DNA of 32,000 nucleotides, taken from NCBI GenBank assembly GCA_964589775.1, contig CAZPUN010000039.1, positions 48,292 to 80,291 of the forward strand, written 5' to 3'. Position numbers and translations under genes: made by a program. Below are positions 1-8,627 of the stretch, one piece after another. The notes under the pieces are model-generated. The model was not told where the DNA came from, made no database searches, and saw only the letters and a program-made list of their open reading frames with translations. The DNA comes from an uncultured archaeon (GTDB taxonomy: Archaea; Asgardarchaeota; Thorarchaeia; Thorarchaeales; CAZPUN01). The number at the start of each line of letters is the position of its first letter. Position 1 is the stretch's first letter.

Positions 1-581
1 AGCTTGCGGTCATTCTGAACTTTTCGAGACAAGTGTGGTAATAGATCAGTCATCACAAAGACGGGATCATCATCTTCTTCGCCGATTCTGATTTTGATTT
101 TCTTTCCATCTTTAGTAATGACAACACCATGTAGAGCTAGAGGTATATTGACCCACTGATATTTCTTAATTCCACCATAGTAATGAGTCTTAAGAAGTGC
201 AAGATCTCCATCTTCATAAAGTGGATTCGGCTTAAGGTCTACGCGAGGAGCGTCTACATGAGCTGCAACGATCTTAACCCCTTCAACAAGTGGCTTTTCA
301 CCAATTACGATCAAAGCAATATTTTTGCCGCGATTAACAATGTAGATTTTTTCACCGGGTTTATAGGTAGCTTTTTCAATCGGCTTAAAGCCTTGCTTCT
401 CAGCTTCTGCAATAAAGAATTCGACAGCCTCGCGTTCGGTCTTTGCTTCTTTCAAGAATTTCTTGTAATCTTCAGCAAAATCAAAGACAGCCTTCTTCTT
501 GTTTTCGTCCATTTTGAGCCAGTAAGACTCAGTAGTCCAAGAAAGCTGCTTTTCAATAGTTTGTTTTTTCTCTTCGGGCAT
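1..581 (-). CDS. M18 family aminopeptidase (ApeA-like), N-terminal part, runs off the left edge
   Basis: Not in the ORF track. The minus strand from ATG at 581 reads MPEEKKQTIEKQ...KTEREAV...HVDAPRVDLKPNPLYEDGDLALLKTHYYGGIKKYQWVNIPLALHGVV...DLLPHL, matching M18 motifs HxDxP and YYGGIKKYQW. GGGAGG RBS at ~589-594. Confidence 0.9.
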   Translation of the reverse strand, partial: MPEEKKQTIEKQLSWTTESYWLKMDENKKKAVFDFAEDYKKFLKEAKTEREAVEFFIAEAEKQGFKPIEKATYKPGEKIYIVNRGKNIALIVIGEKPLVEGVKIVAAHVDAPRVDLKPNPLYEDGDLALLKTHYYGGIKKYQWVNIPLALHGVVITKDGKKIKIRIGEEDDDPVFVMTDLLPHLSRKVQNDRK

Positions 582-661
582 ATTAAGGCCTCCCTTAATT
601 TAGTTGGACCGAGTATAAAAAGAACATAGATGATAATAAAGTTAATGGAATGATTAAAAAA

Positions 662-1675
662 TCACTCATCATAGATTTTGAAAGCATCGACGTTGGGCTT
701 CTTCCAGCCACTCATATCTGGACGTAGCTTAATTCCCGCTTTGAATGCAGCCATCTGAAGAGCAATCATATGCCAAATACTTTCTACTGCAGGATGTATA
801 TGAAAATCATAAGGTATAGGTCCTAGCACATGCAAATCAATATTCAAAACTTTTCGGAGACCGTCCATAGTATTAGAAAGCCAATCTTTGCGTTCTTCGA
901 CTCGTTGATATCGAACACCAATAGCAAGATTATTTGGAGCCATAATTAATTTCGCATGATGCATCATTTCATCTGAATGTAAGGCAAATCCACGACATAC
1001 TGAAAACTCATGGAGCTTCATTGAACCCAATTGCGCAACTAAATACCCATAGCTCTCGCCGATCAAATAAACAAATTTTCGCTTAGTCAGTTCTTCAGAA
1101 AGATTATCGCTCCACTCATTTATCCATTCCATAATGGATTCCCAGTGCTTTATCGTTCTTAGTAGATGCTCTTTAAATTCAATTGAACTTATCGAGTCCA
1201 CAATACCCAGCAGATATGCCACTGCAGTAGTAGTCGTACAGCTCGGAGAGATATCATAATTATTCAAATTACATTGAGTCAGCCATATCTCATCAGCCAT
1301 ATCAGCAATCATAGAGTTTGGGTTGTCTGTTAATAGAACTGTATATGCACCATTTACCTGAGCAGTCTCGATTAATTTACGAACTTGAGATGTACGCCCG
1401 GATGCCGAAACGCCAATTACAAGTGTATCATCATCATAATTTAAGCGATTAAAGTCTGAAACTTCAAATCCATGAGCAAATATATCCTGCTCCAAAAATA
1501 AATATTCACCAAACTTTGCTACAACATAAGAATCTCCAGCACCTGCAAGATACACACGACTAAATTCAGTAAGTGTATCTGCGGCTTTTTCAAAATTGTT
1601 TTCACTTAGGGTTTGTCTAATTTTGAATGGCTGACTTAAAATAGATTCCCGGTTATGAGTTATGAAATCAGTCAT
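662..1675 (-). CDS. Double SIS-domain sugar-phosphate isomerase/deglycase (GlmS C-terminal/FrlB/AgaS-like)
   Basis: Motifs GAGDS, GVSASGRT, LTDNPNS and MKLHE; 337 aa with no glutaminase domain. Confidence 0.85.
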   Translation of the reverse strand: MTDFITHNRESILSQPFKIRQTLSENNFEKAADTLTEFSRVYLAGAGDSYVVAKFGEYLFLEQDIFAHGFEVSDFNRLNYDDDTLVIGVSASGRTSQVRKLIETAQVNGAYTVLLTDNPNSMIADMADEIWLTQCNLNNYDISPSCTTTTAVAYLLGIVDSISSIEFKEHLLRTIKHWESIMEWINEWSDNLSEELTKRKFVYLIGESYGYLVAQLGSMKLHEFSVCRGFALHSDEMMHHAKLIMAPNNLAIGVRYQRVEERKDWLSNTMDGLRKVLNIDLHVLGPIPYDFHIHPAVESIWHMIALQMAAFKAGIKLRPDMSGWKKPNVDAFKIYDE

Positions 1676-1824
1676 TTTTAATCTCTCCGAGACTTTTTTT
1701 TCATAAAAAAAATTTGTTTTTTATACATTTAACTCTATCTGAGAGACCAATACAGATAATAAAAATGAAATGACAATCACATAAATGTTTCAATATACCG
1801 AACATAATATAATAAAAAATTTTG

Positions 1825-1862
1825 GCGATTCATCACCGCTTTCTAAAGCGATGATTTCTCGC
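1825..1862. repeat. 38-bp imperfect palindrome, copy 1 (IS200/IS605-end-like, REP/PATE-like)
   Basis: GCGATTCATCACCGCTTTCTAAAGCGATGATTTCTCGC; inner stem CGCTTT/AAAGCG, outer stem GCGA/TCGC; recurs at 3870 and 13414. Confidence 0.85.
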
Positions 1863-1876
1863 ATCTCATTTATAAA

Positions 1877-2698
1877 TTATAGCAACTCTTCCTTCTTTTT
1901 CTCTTCCGCTTTGATTTCTTCTAATTCTTCTTGCGATAACTTGTAACCCTCTGGTAAAATTCTCTTACCGATCATTTTTGCACCGGGTAGGAACCCACGA
2001 TCAATAAGATTTCTCAGAGTTGCAAGATCATTAACTGACATGCCTTCAATTACAACAGGCTCACCAGATTTGAATTCTTCCATAATTGCATCTAGCAACA
2101 TTCGTTTAGCAGACATGACGGCAATACGGCGGTCTATGGCTCCAATTAAAATTCCAAGAATACCACCATAGAAGAATCCATAAAATCCGCCGGAAGCCCC
2201 GCCTGCATAACCACCTACAAATCCGCCTGCAAAACCTCCGATAATACCACCTAATACAGCATCTTTGCTAAGGTTGCTAAGTACTGATGAAAGACCACTC
2301 AAGAAAATTCCGAACATAGCACCAACCATTGAACCCATTAATGCTCGAGAATATGGGTCTTGGCCTAGACCTGCAAAACCGCCAAAAACACCACCAATTA
2401 AACCACCAACAAGAAAGCCAGTAGTATAATCGAGCATTTTCTCGATTTGCTGGAATAAGTTATATGTATAAATCTCCTCTTTCATTTCAACTTTATAATA
2501 GATCACACCAAATATGATACCAAAAATTGTCATTATTGGAAATGAAGGATAAGGATTGCCGATATTATCAACAGGAGGATTAATAGTCATAAGAACATCA
2601 GCAATAAAGAAGGAGATAATAGAAACAATCAGAGCGGTTTTTGCCGCTTTGTGTCTGACGTTCTCAGAAATATCTCTAATAATCGTATGAGCGTCCAT
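1877..2698 (-). CDS. Glycine-rich (Gly-zipper) multi-pass membrane protein with a soluble charged C-terminal tail; function unknown
   Basis: Repeated GxxxGxxxG hydrophobic helices (GGLIGGVFGGFAG, GGIIGGFAGGFVGGYAGG); GAGGT RBS at ~2707-2711. Confidence 0.75.
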   Translation of the reverse strand: MDAHTIIRDISENVRHKAAKTALIVSIISFFIADVLMTINPPVDNIGNPYPSFPIMTIFGIIFGVIYYKVEMKEEIYTYNLFQQIEKMLDYTTGFLVGGLIGGVFGGFAGLGQDPYSRALMGSMVGAMFGIFLSGLSSVLSNLSKDAVLGGIIGGFAGGFVGGYAGGASGGFYGFFYGGILGILIGAIDRRIAVMSAKRMLLDAIMEEFKSGEPVVIEGMSVNDLATLRNLIDRGFLPGAKMIGKRILPEGYKLSQEELEEIKAEEKKKEELL

Positions 2699-2881
2699 TT
2701 TATTGTACCTCTTCTCGTTATTTATTTTCTTTTTGAAGAAAGAGTAAACTCACAAAAAAGTGTTTTGGTTCTAGATTTCAAACATATTATTCAAACATAT
2801 ATAAGTTTAGAAATATTTTTAGGTAGGTTACATTGATTAATATGTAAGTTATTCGTTGAAAAAGGGAGTAGAGGTCTTCAA

Positions 2882-3700
2882 TTGGAACAATTATCTATTG
2901 ACTTATTAAATACATCTGCGAAATCGGGCGAAAGTATAGAGGGTAAAATAATATTATCCAAACTTCCAACAAAAGTAGATGTGATCTCCATAGAATTAAG
3001 AAGAAAAATCTTGGGAACTATCAAAATCCCAAGAAAGCTCATGCCCGATATTCGAAAAGATTTTGAATTATATAGCACATCAAGTGGAACATACATTTTA
3101 ACCAATAATTCGAAAGATGGCGAATTCAACTTTTCAATTAAAGTTCCAGAAAGCGCAATATCATCTTTTAATTCTCGATATTTATCTATATCCTATGATA
3201 TCTTTGCAAAATTAACTTCTGAAGAGAGTTTAGACACATACTATGTCTCGATTCCAATAGCAATTATAGGAAAAAATAAACAACCAAAGATCAATACTGA
3301 AAAATCAATTTATACAATGTCCGGTAAAGATGAACTATTAGACATAAATTTAAGAAACATTTCCATAAAGAGAGGAAAACCAATACATATCGAATATCGC
3401 ATAATTGATAATTCGGACTTATTTTCCATAGTTGTTCGCCTTAATAATAGAATACGAATAAAGATCGATCCAGATATAGAAGAACCAATGTGGTATGAAT
3501 CAACAATATTAGAGGAATCAAAATATTATAAGGGAAACAAAATCCCAGATGTAGATGAATTATCGATAATAATACCGCAACTATCACCCCCAACAATTTC
3601 AAATCCAATGTTCGATATAGAGTGGGAACTACAAATCGAATATGTAATGGATTGGGGTAATTCAGTCTCAATGTCTTTACCAATACATATTGAGCCATGA
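2882..3700 (+). CDS. Arrestin-fold protein with N and C beta-sandwich domains
   Basis: GESIEGKI..L at the start; FNFSIKVPESAISSFNSRYLSISYDIFAKL and IIIPQLSPPTISNPMFDIEWELQI fit the FxFxxPxxxPxSF...IxY arrestin-domain pattern twice. TTG start after GAGGT. Confidence 0.7.
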   Translation: MEQLSIDLLNTSAKSGESIEGKIILSKLPTKVDVISIELRRKILGTIKIPRKLMPDIRKDFELYSTSSGTYILTNNSKDGEFNFSIKVPESAISSFNSRYLSISYDIFAKLTSEESLDTYYVSIPIAIIGKNKQPKINTEKSIYTMSGKDELLDINLRNISIKRGKPIHIEYRIIDNSDLFSIVVRLNNRIRIKIDPDIEEPMWYESTILEESKYYKGNKIPDVDELSIIIPQLSPPTISNPMFDIEWELQIEYVMDWGNSVSMSLPIHIEP

Positions 3701-3865
3701 CATACTCGCCACATTGAATTACAAGAGTTCTACGCATAGGCTATCCAGCGGTAGCCATTTCACGCATATACTCGCCATGTCTCGACAAGGGAGCTTTGAT
3801 TATCGCTCCAGCCCCCTCTTAGTATGTTTAGTTCCATTAAGATATGGATAATCATTAATGAACTA
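3700..3865. ncRNA. Candidate structured RNA or mobile-element remnant
   Basis: Relatively GC-rich intergenic block with stems ACATACT(3700)/AGTATGT(3821), AAGAG/CTCTT, GGCTATC/GGTAGCC and GGAGC/GCTCC, then a hairpin at 3829-3865. No known family recognised. Confidence 0.3.
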
Positions 3866-3869
3866 TTCT

Positions 3870-3907
3870 GCGATTCATCACCGCTTTGAAAAACGATGCT
3901 TTCTCGC
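3870..3907. repeat. 38-bp imperfect palindrome, copy 2
   Basis: GCGATTCATCACCGCTTTGAAAAACGATGCTTTCTCGC; 34/38 identical to copy 1, same orientation. Confidence 0.85.
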
Positions 3908-4037
3908 AGAGCGTTTGTAAATCCAAACCATTTCAAGAATTGAATCGCCTATTAATATAAAAAAAGGGGAAAAGTCTACAAATTTACGTTGCCTTTAGGT
4001 TATTCTGCATTCTCAAATTGAACAATTTTTCATCAGA

Positions 4038-5621
4038 TTATTCTTCGCTTTCCATCATTTTTTCTGCTTCTTCAACAATTTTTCGTGCTCTCTGAAGACT
4101 GATTTTTAGATGAAACGCTAATTCTTCAGGATCTGCTAATGATACTGAGCGTATGGTCGAATAGCCTAATCGTTTCATTCGTTCAGCTGTCACTTTGCCA
4201 ACACCTTTTATTTTTGTTACAGATTGTTCGCCGATTGGAATGTCTTTTTTCTTAGTAGTACTTTTTGTTTTTACAGGTCCTGTTTTTGCTGCTTGACGTT
4301 TTACTGGCTTTGAAGACTCTTCAGATAAATACACATCCAGTTCGCGGTCTAGTTCTTCTGAACTACCAATCACAATTTCATCGAGTGATTTATTTTGTAT
4401 AATATCATCTACTGCTGCTTGGACAGCTCCTTGATCAATTGAAATTTCCAATTTTTCGATTTCAACTTCATTTTCTAATACTTCAGGAGCTTGGGCAAGA
4501 GGATAGAACGCAATTAGTGCAAAAGTTATTGCGAGTGATAGACTAAAATTCCCAAGAGTTAATGGAAAGACAAATTCATTCACATGTACAAACATTGCCC
4601 CACCAATGAGTAGGATCATATAAGTCCATGCATAAAATATCCGTCGTGCTTTGTTTTGATACGAGCCGATTTCACCCCAAATAAGAAACATACCTATACC
4701 TACAATATAACCGAAAACAAAATCTTGGATTATACTGAGTGCAGAGACCAATTCGGGCTGTCCTGAAAAGCTTGGAGTATAAATTGAAAGACCGGCTAAG
4801 AGTAATACACCAATTGTAGCAGTCTGTCGTCTGCCTAAACGATCTGACAACATTCCGGAGATTAAAGCACTAATTGCAATAACAACTGATCCAATATGAG
4901 GCATATCACCAAGAGGCACAAAACCATGATTGGATAATGCAACCATTATTTTGAGATTATGAGCATGTATATACCAAGTTATTAATGAGAGCCCGATAAA
5001 GAACCAGGATATCGCATAACGACGTGGAGTCCCATGTACTGTATAATTATGACGCTCAAAATTCCATGGTTTAATAAGAATTGAAAAACCTAAAACGCCA
5101 AGAATTGTGATATCCAGAATTGAGATACCATCAACAACAAATGGAACACCATTAACTTTTAGAGCAGAAAGAATTGTAACTCCAATCATAGTAATAAAAA
5201 TAAACAGTCCGGATAACTTTCCTCGATCCTCACAAGGGACCAATCGCGCAACATTTTCAACCAAAGCTAATGTCGCTGCAAGTATCAGATAAGCTCCTAT
5301 AGTATACAAAATAGTGTACCAAATATTAATGTCAATAAATATGCCGACTTTCGTAATTACAAGATCTAGCAAAATAGGAAAAGATACCCCAATATACATC
5401 AAGTATGTTGCCAATCGGTCGTTTAATTTTACATATGATGTGATAAACATTCCTAGAACTGCTGCTGCGGTTATAATTAGAGGAATTACATTGATAGAGC
5501 CCAATGCATAAGTTCCAAGATATATATCAAATAATCCATTAATTAGCCAAACTAAAGGTCCTGAAAAAGCTAAAGCAAATATTGTAGTCTCTAATGTAAG
5601 TTTGTTATACAAATTCCTCAC
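4038..5621 (-). CDS. MFS-like 12-TM membrane protein fused to a C-terminal helix-hairpin-helix (RadA-N/HHH_5-like) domain
   Basis: MFS motif A GMLSDRLGRR and PCEDRGKLSG; acidic then Lys-rich linker; C-terminus VTKIKGVGKVTAERMKRLGYSTIRSVSLADPEEL...ISLQRARKIVEEA. Confidence 0.75.
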   Translation of the reverse strand: MRNLYNKLTLETTIFALAFSGPLVWLINGLFDIYLGTYALGSINVIPLIITAAAVLGMFITSYVKLNDRLATYLMYIGVSFPILLDLVITKVGIFIDINIWYTILYTIGAYLILAATLALVENVARLVPCEDRGKLSGLFIFITMIGVTILSALKVNGVPFVVDGISILDITILGVLGFSILIKPWNFERHNYTVHGTPRRYAISWFFIGLSLITWYIHAHNLKIMVALSNHGFVPLGDMPHIGSVVIAISALISGMLSDRLGRRQTATIGVLLLAGLSIYTPSFSGQPELVSALSIIQDFVFGYIVGIGMFLIWGEIGSYQNKARRIFYAWTYMILLIGGAMFVHVNEFVFPLTLGNFSLSLAITFALIAFYPLAQAPEVLENEVEIEKLEISIDQGAVQAAVDDIIQNKSLDEIVIGSSEELDRELDVYLSEESSKPVKRQAAKTGPVKTKSTTKKKDIPIGEQSVTKIKGVGKVTAERMKRLGYSTIRSVSLADPEELAFHLKISLQRARKIVEEAEKMMESEE

Positions 5622-5761
5622 CGAAATATTTGATGCGTGCTCAATAAATGATAGGTGGACCTTTCTTTTAAATTTTTTATAAGATTCTGAAAGGAATAAT
5701 TAATTGTGCGCACATTTAAAAATTCGACAAACCTTTAGAGCTATGGTTTATAGAAAAAAAT

Positions 5762-6457
5762 ATGAACGAACTCATACAAATTCAAATCGACACAGAAGGC
5801 ACATTAATATCTAGACCAAATAGATTCCTTGCATATGTGAAACTAAACAACGGATCTGAAGTAGCAGCTCATGTACATGATCCCGGAAGACTTGAAGAAA
5901 TTCTATATGCAGGTAATCGTGTATTGTTAAAACGAGTAAATAACAGAAACCGAAAAACACAATGGGACATGATCGCTGGAGATGTTGAAAATAAATGGAT
6001 TCTAATACACTCAGGATACCATAGAGCAATTGCTCAAACGATAATCGAACAATACAAACCATTTGGAAATTTTAGAAGCATACAAGCGGAAGTTACTTTT
6101 GGACATAGCCGAATAGATTTTGTCCTCGAGCAGGAAAGACAGTTGTGGGTCGAAGTTAAAGGTTGTACTCTTGCAAGGAATAAAATCGCACTATTCCCAG
6201 ATGCACCTACAAAACGTGGAACAAAACATCTACAAACATTAATTGATATTAAAAAATCGGGAATGAACGCTGCGATTCTCATACTTATTTTCCGTCCAGA
6301 TGCCGAATGCTTTTCACCTAATAAGGAAACAGACCCCAAATTTGCAGAAACTTTTCATGATGCAATTACAGCAGGAGTGAACATAGTTCCAATTGTTTTG
6401 TCTTATGATGGAAAATTTGTAAGATTCCTAAAATACGTAGCATTGTGTGAGGATTGA
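5762..6457 (+). CDS. sfsA: Sugar fermentation stimulation protein A (OB fold + PD-(D/E)xK nuclease)
   Basis: Motifs RPNRF, HDPGRL, SRIDF, WVEVKG and FPDAPTKRGTKHL. Confidence 0.95.
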   Translation: MNELIQIQIDTEGTLISRPNRFLAYVKLNNGSEVAAHVHDPGRLEEILYAGNRVLLKRVNNRNRKTQWDMIAGDVENKWILIHSGYHRAIAQTIIEQYKPFGNFRSIQAEVTFGHSRIDFVLEQERQLWVEVKGCTLARNKIALFPDAPTKRGTKHLQTLIDIKKSGMNAAILILIFRPDAECFSPNKETDPKFAETFHDAITAGVNIVPIVLSYDGKFVRFLKYVALCED

Positions 6458-6528
6458 TGAATATTTAGAAACACTTTTGTAGAATAAACAACCAATAAAA
6501 AAGCAGTAACACTCGGAGGGATCCCCTT

Positions 6529-8541
6529 CTGATTGAACTCGATGGTGACCTACTGTCTTTCAAACAAGGACTTTCAAAAGAATGGATAATAGCAAATGGA
6601 ATTGGTGGATACGCATCCAGCACTATAATTGGAATTCCAGCAAGGCGATATCATGGGCTCCTTGCTATCGCACTTAATCCGCCATCTGAGAGAAGATTAA
6701 TAATTAATCACATTGAAGAGCGCGTATCTCGCATGAGGGGGAAGCCCATCAGGCTTGATTCAACATACATAGACGGCGAAATAAAAACAACAGGATTTAA
6801 ACATCTTAAGAAAGTTAAATTTGACCCATTACCAATTTTTGAATATTCTTTTGAACATTTTAATTTAACAAAGTGTATTGTTCCGATAAAAAATGAGAAT
6901 GCAACTGTAATTCTCTATAGATTTTTGAACAAGTGGGATGAAGCATTAAAAGTGAAATTCACACCGTGGATCGCCTTGCGACGACTTGATGAACTCATCA
7001 TTGCAAAAGACCACAAAATTAAAACAAAAATTGATGAAGATACTATTATTTTTTCATCTGTAAAAGAAAGGGACCTCTATGGAAGCATAACGATTCCAAA
7101 TGCAAAATATATTTCAGAAGAACGATGGGAAAGAGGCATCACGTACGAATACGACAGGGAATTCTTAGTAGATCCACGTGAGCCGCTATGGGTTTCTGGA
7201 AGCTTTGAAACAATTATGGACTTAGGAGAAACAATCATTCCAATAATAATTACAGGCGGAAATTCAGAAAAAATCGTATTAAAGATTTTAGAACGAGTGA
7301 GAAAAATTCTTAAAGACCCATTTGAAGACTTTTGTAAAAAACAAAATGAAACCTATGTTTCTAATTTTAATAAGTATCTTGAAATGAAACAGAAACCCAT
7401 AGATCCAGAAATGAAATTATTAATTGATTCAGCAATGCAATATATCGTAAAACGGCTATCTACTGGAAATCTAAGCATCATGGAAGGCTACCCAATGCTT
7501 GAAGATAATGGCAGAGCCGCTATGATTTCATTCACAGGACTTACATTGGTAACTAACCGATTCAAGGAAGCAAAAGAGATACTAAGAACATATGCGAAAT
7601 ATCTTAGATTTGGACTCATACCAAATCATTTCCGACAAAGAGGAATCAAACCAGTATATGATAGTGCAGACGCGTCTCTATGGTTCATAATAAATATTTG
7701 GAAGTACTTGAAATATACTGGAGATATCGATTTCGTAAAGAATTTTCTCTGGGATAAAATAACAAATATTGTAGAATCATACATGGAAGGAACACGATTC
7801 AACATTCATTTGGATCATGATGGACTCGTAACTATAGAAAACGACAAAATTCCCCTCACTTGGATGGATGCAACAATTGACGGAAAACCTGCCATACAAC
7901 GTATTGGAAAACCGATCGAGATCAATGCATTATGGTATAGTTCCTTAAGATGTGCAAGCGATATAGCAAATATAATTGGAGAAGATCCCCAAACATTCAA
8001 AGCAATAGCAGACTGGACATACGAAGGATTTCACGATATTTATTGGTATGAAGAAGGTGGCTATTTGTATGATTCAGTCTCGGATGATTTTGAAGATAAA
8101 ACCATAAGACCAAACATGATTTTTCCTGCTGCGCTTCCATTTCCAATTCTTGATATGAAATCTGCCCGTAGTATTATTGATGTTGTAAAAGAACATTTGC
8201 TAACTTCTAGAGGAATAAGAACATTATCACCTAAGGACGAACAATATGAAGCAAAATGTTCACGATTAGAAAACGAACTGTTATTTAGAGGAGCAGCATG
8301 GCCTTGGCTAATTGGTCCATTTATCGATGCATTTCTTTACGCATACGGAAGAACAACAAAGAATAAAAAGTTCGCATATACGAAATTCTTTAAGCCACTT
8401 CTGGAAACAGTATATAGGGGCGCATTAGGAACGGTATCTCAGGCATATTGTGGAGAATATCCACACAACCCCTGTGGAACTCCATCATATGCCATGAATG
8501 TTGCCGAACTGATTCGCGTCTATTTCGAATCATTACAATAA
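6529..8541 (+). CDS. Amylo-alpha-1,6-glucosidase / glycogen debranching enzyme homologue (GDE_N + GDE_C), probable CTG start, degenerate active site
   Basis: The frame is open from 6499 and encodes EWIIANGIGGYASSTIIG..RRYHGLL upstream of the track's ATG at 6733. GGAGG at 6515-6519 lies 9 nt before CTG at 6529. TWMDA, GKPIEINALWY and WPWL are retained. Confidence 0.85.
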   Translation: MIELDGDLLSFKQGLSKEWIIANGIGGYASSTIIGIPARRYHGLLAIALNPPSERRLIINHIEERVSRMRGKPIRLDSTYIDGEIKTTGFKHLKKVKFDPLPIFEYSFEHFNLTKCIVPIKNENATVILYRFLNKWDEALKVKFTPWIALRRLDELIIAKDHKIKTKIDEDTIIFSSVKERDLYGSITIPNAKYISEERWERGITYEYDREFLVDPREPLWVSGSFETIMDLGETIIPIIITGGNSEKIVLKILERVRKILKDPFEDFCKKQNETYVSNFNKYLEMKQKPIDPEMKLLIDSAMQYIVKRLSTGNLSIMEGYPMLEDNGRAAMISFTGLTLVTNRFKEAKEILRTYAKYLRFGLIPNHFRQRGIKPVYDSADASLWFIINIWKYLKYTGDIDFVKNFLWDKITNIVESYMEGTRFNIHLDHDGLVTIENDKIPLTWMDATIDGKPAIQRIGKPIEINALWYSSLRCASDIANIIGEDPQTFKAIADWTYEGFHDIYWYEEGGYLYDSVSDDFEDKTIRPNMIFPAALPFPILDMKSARSIIDVVKEHLLTSRGIRTLSPKDEQYEAKCSRLENELLFRGAAWPWLIGPFIDAFLYAYGRTTKNKKFAYTKFFKPLLETVYRGALGTVSQAYCGEYPHNPCGTPSYAMNVAELIRVYFESLQ

Positions 8542-8627
8542 TTTTTCAATTAATTTACTTAATTTAATATAAGAATTTAGTAAACTTAATAATGGATTTT
8601 GAGATATATTTAATAATGAGTTTGTTA

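Noticed and set aside
183-629. 148-aa plus-strand ORF from the track
   Set aside because: It is the antisense shadow of the M18 aminopeptidase on the minus strand.
1825-1862. Repeat as a SECIS element or C/D-box sRNA (minus strand contains GTGATGA; copies lie in 3' UTRs)
   Set aside because: The upstream genes show no in-frame TGA at Cys-like positions, and there is no conserved partner CTGA box D or long SECIS helix.
3700-3865. tRNA, SRP RNA or RNase P RNA
   Set aside because: No T-loop or cloverleaf, SRP helix-8 motif, or RNase P GAGGAAAGTCC signature.
6499-6735. Frameshifted or truncated debranching pseudogene
   Set aside because: The upstream conserved motif is in the same open frame as the track's ORF; only the start codon is atypical.
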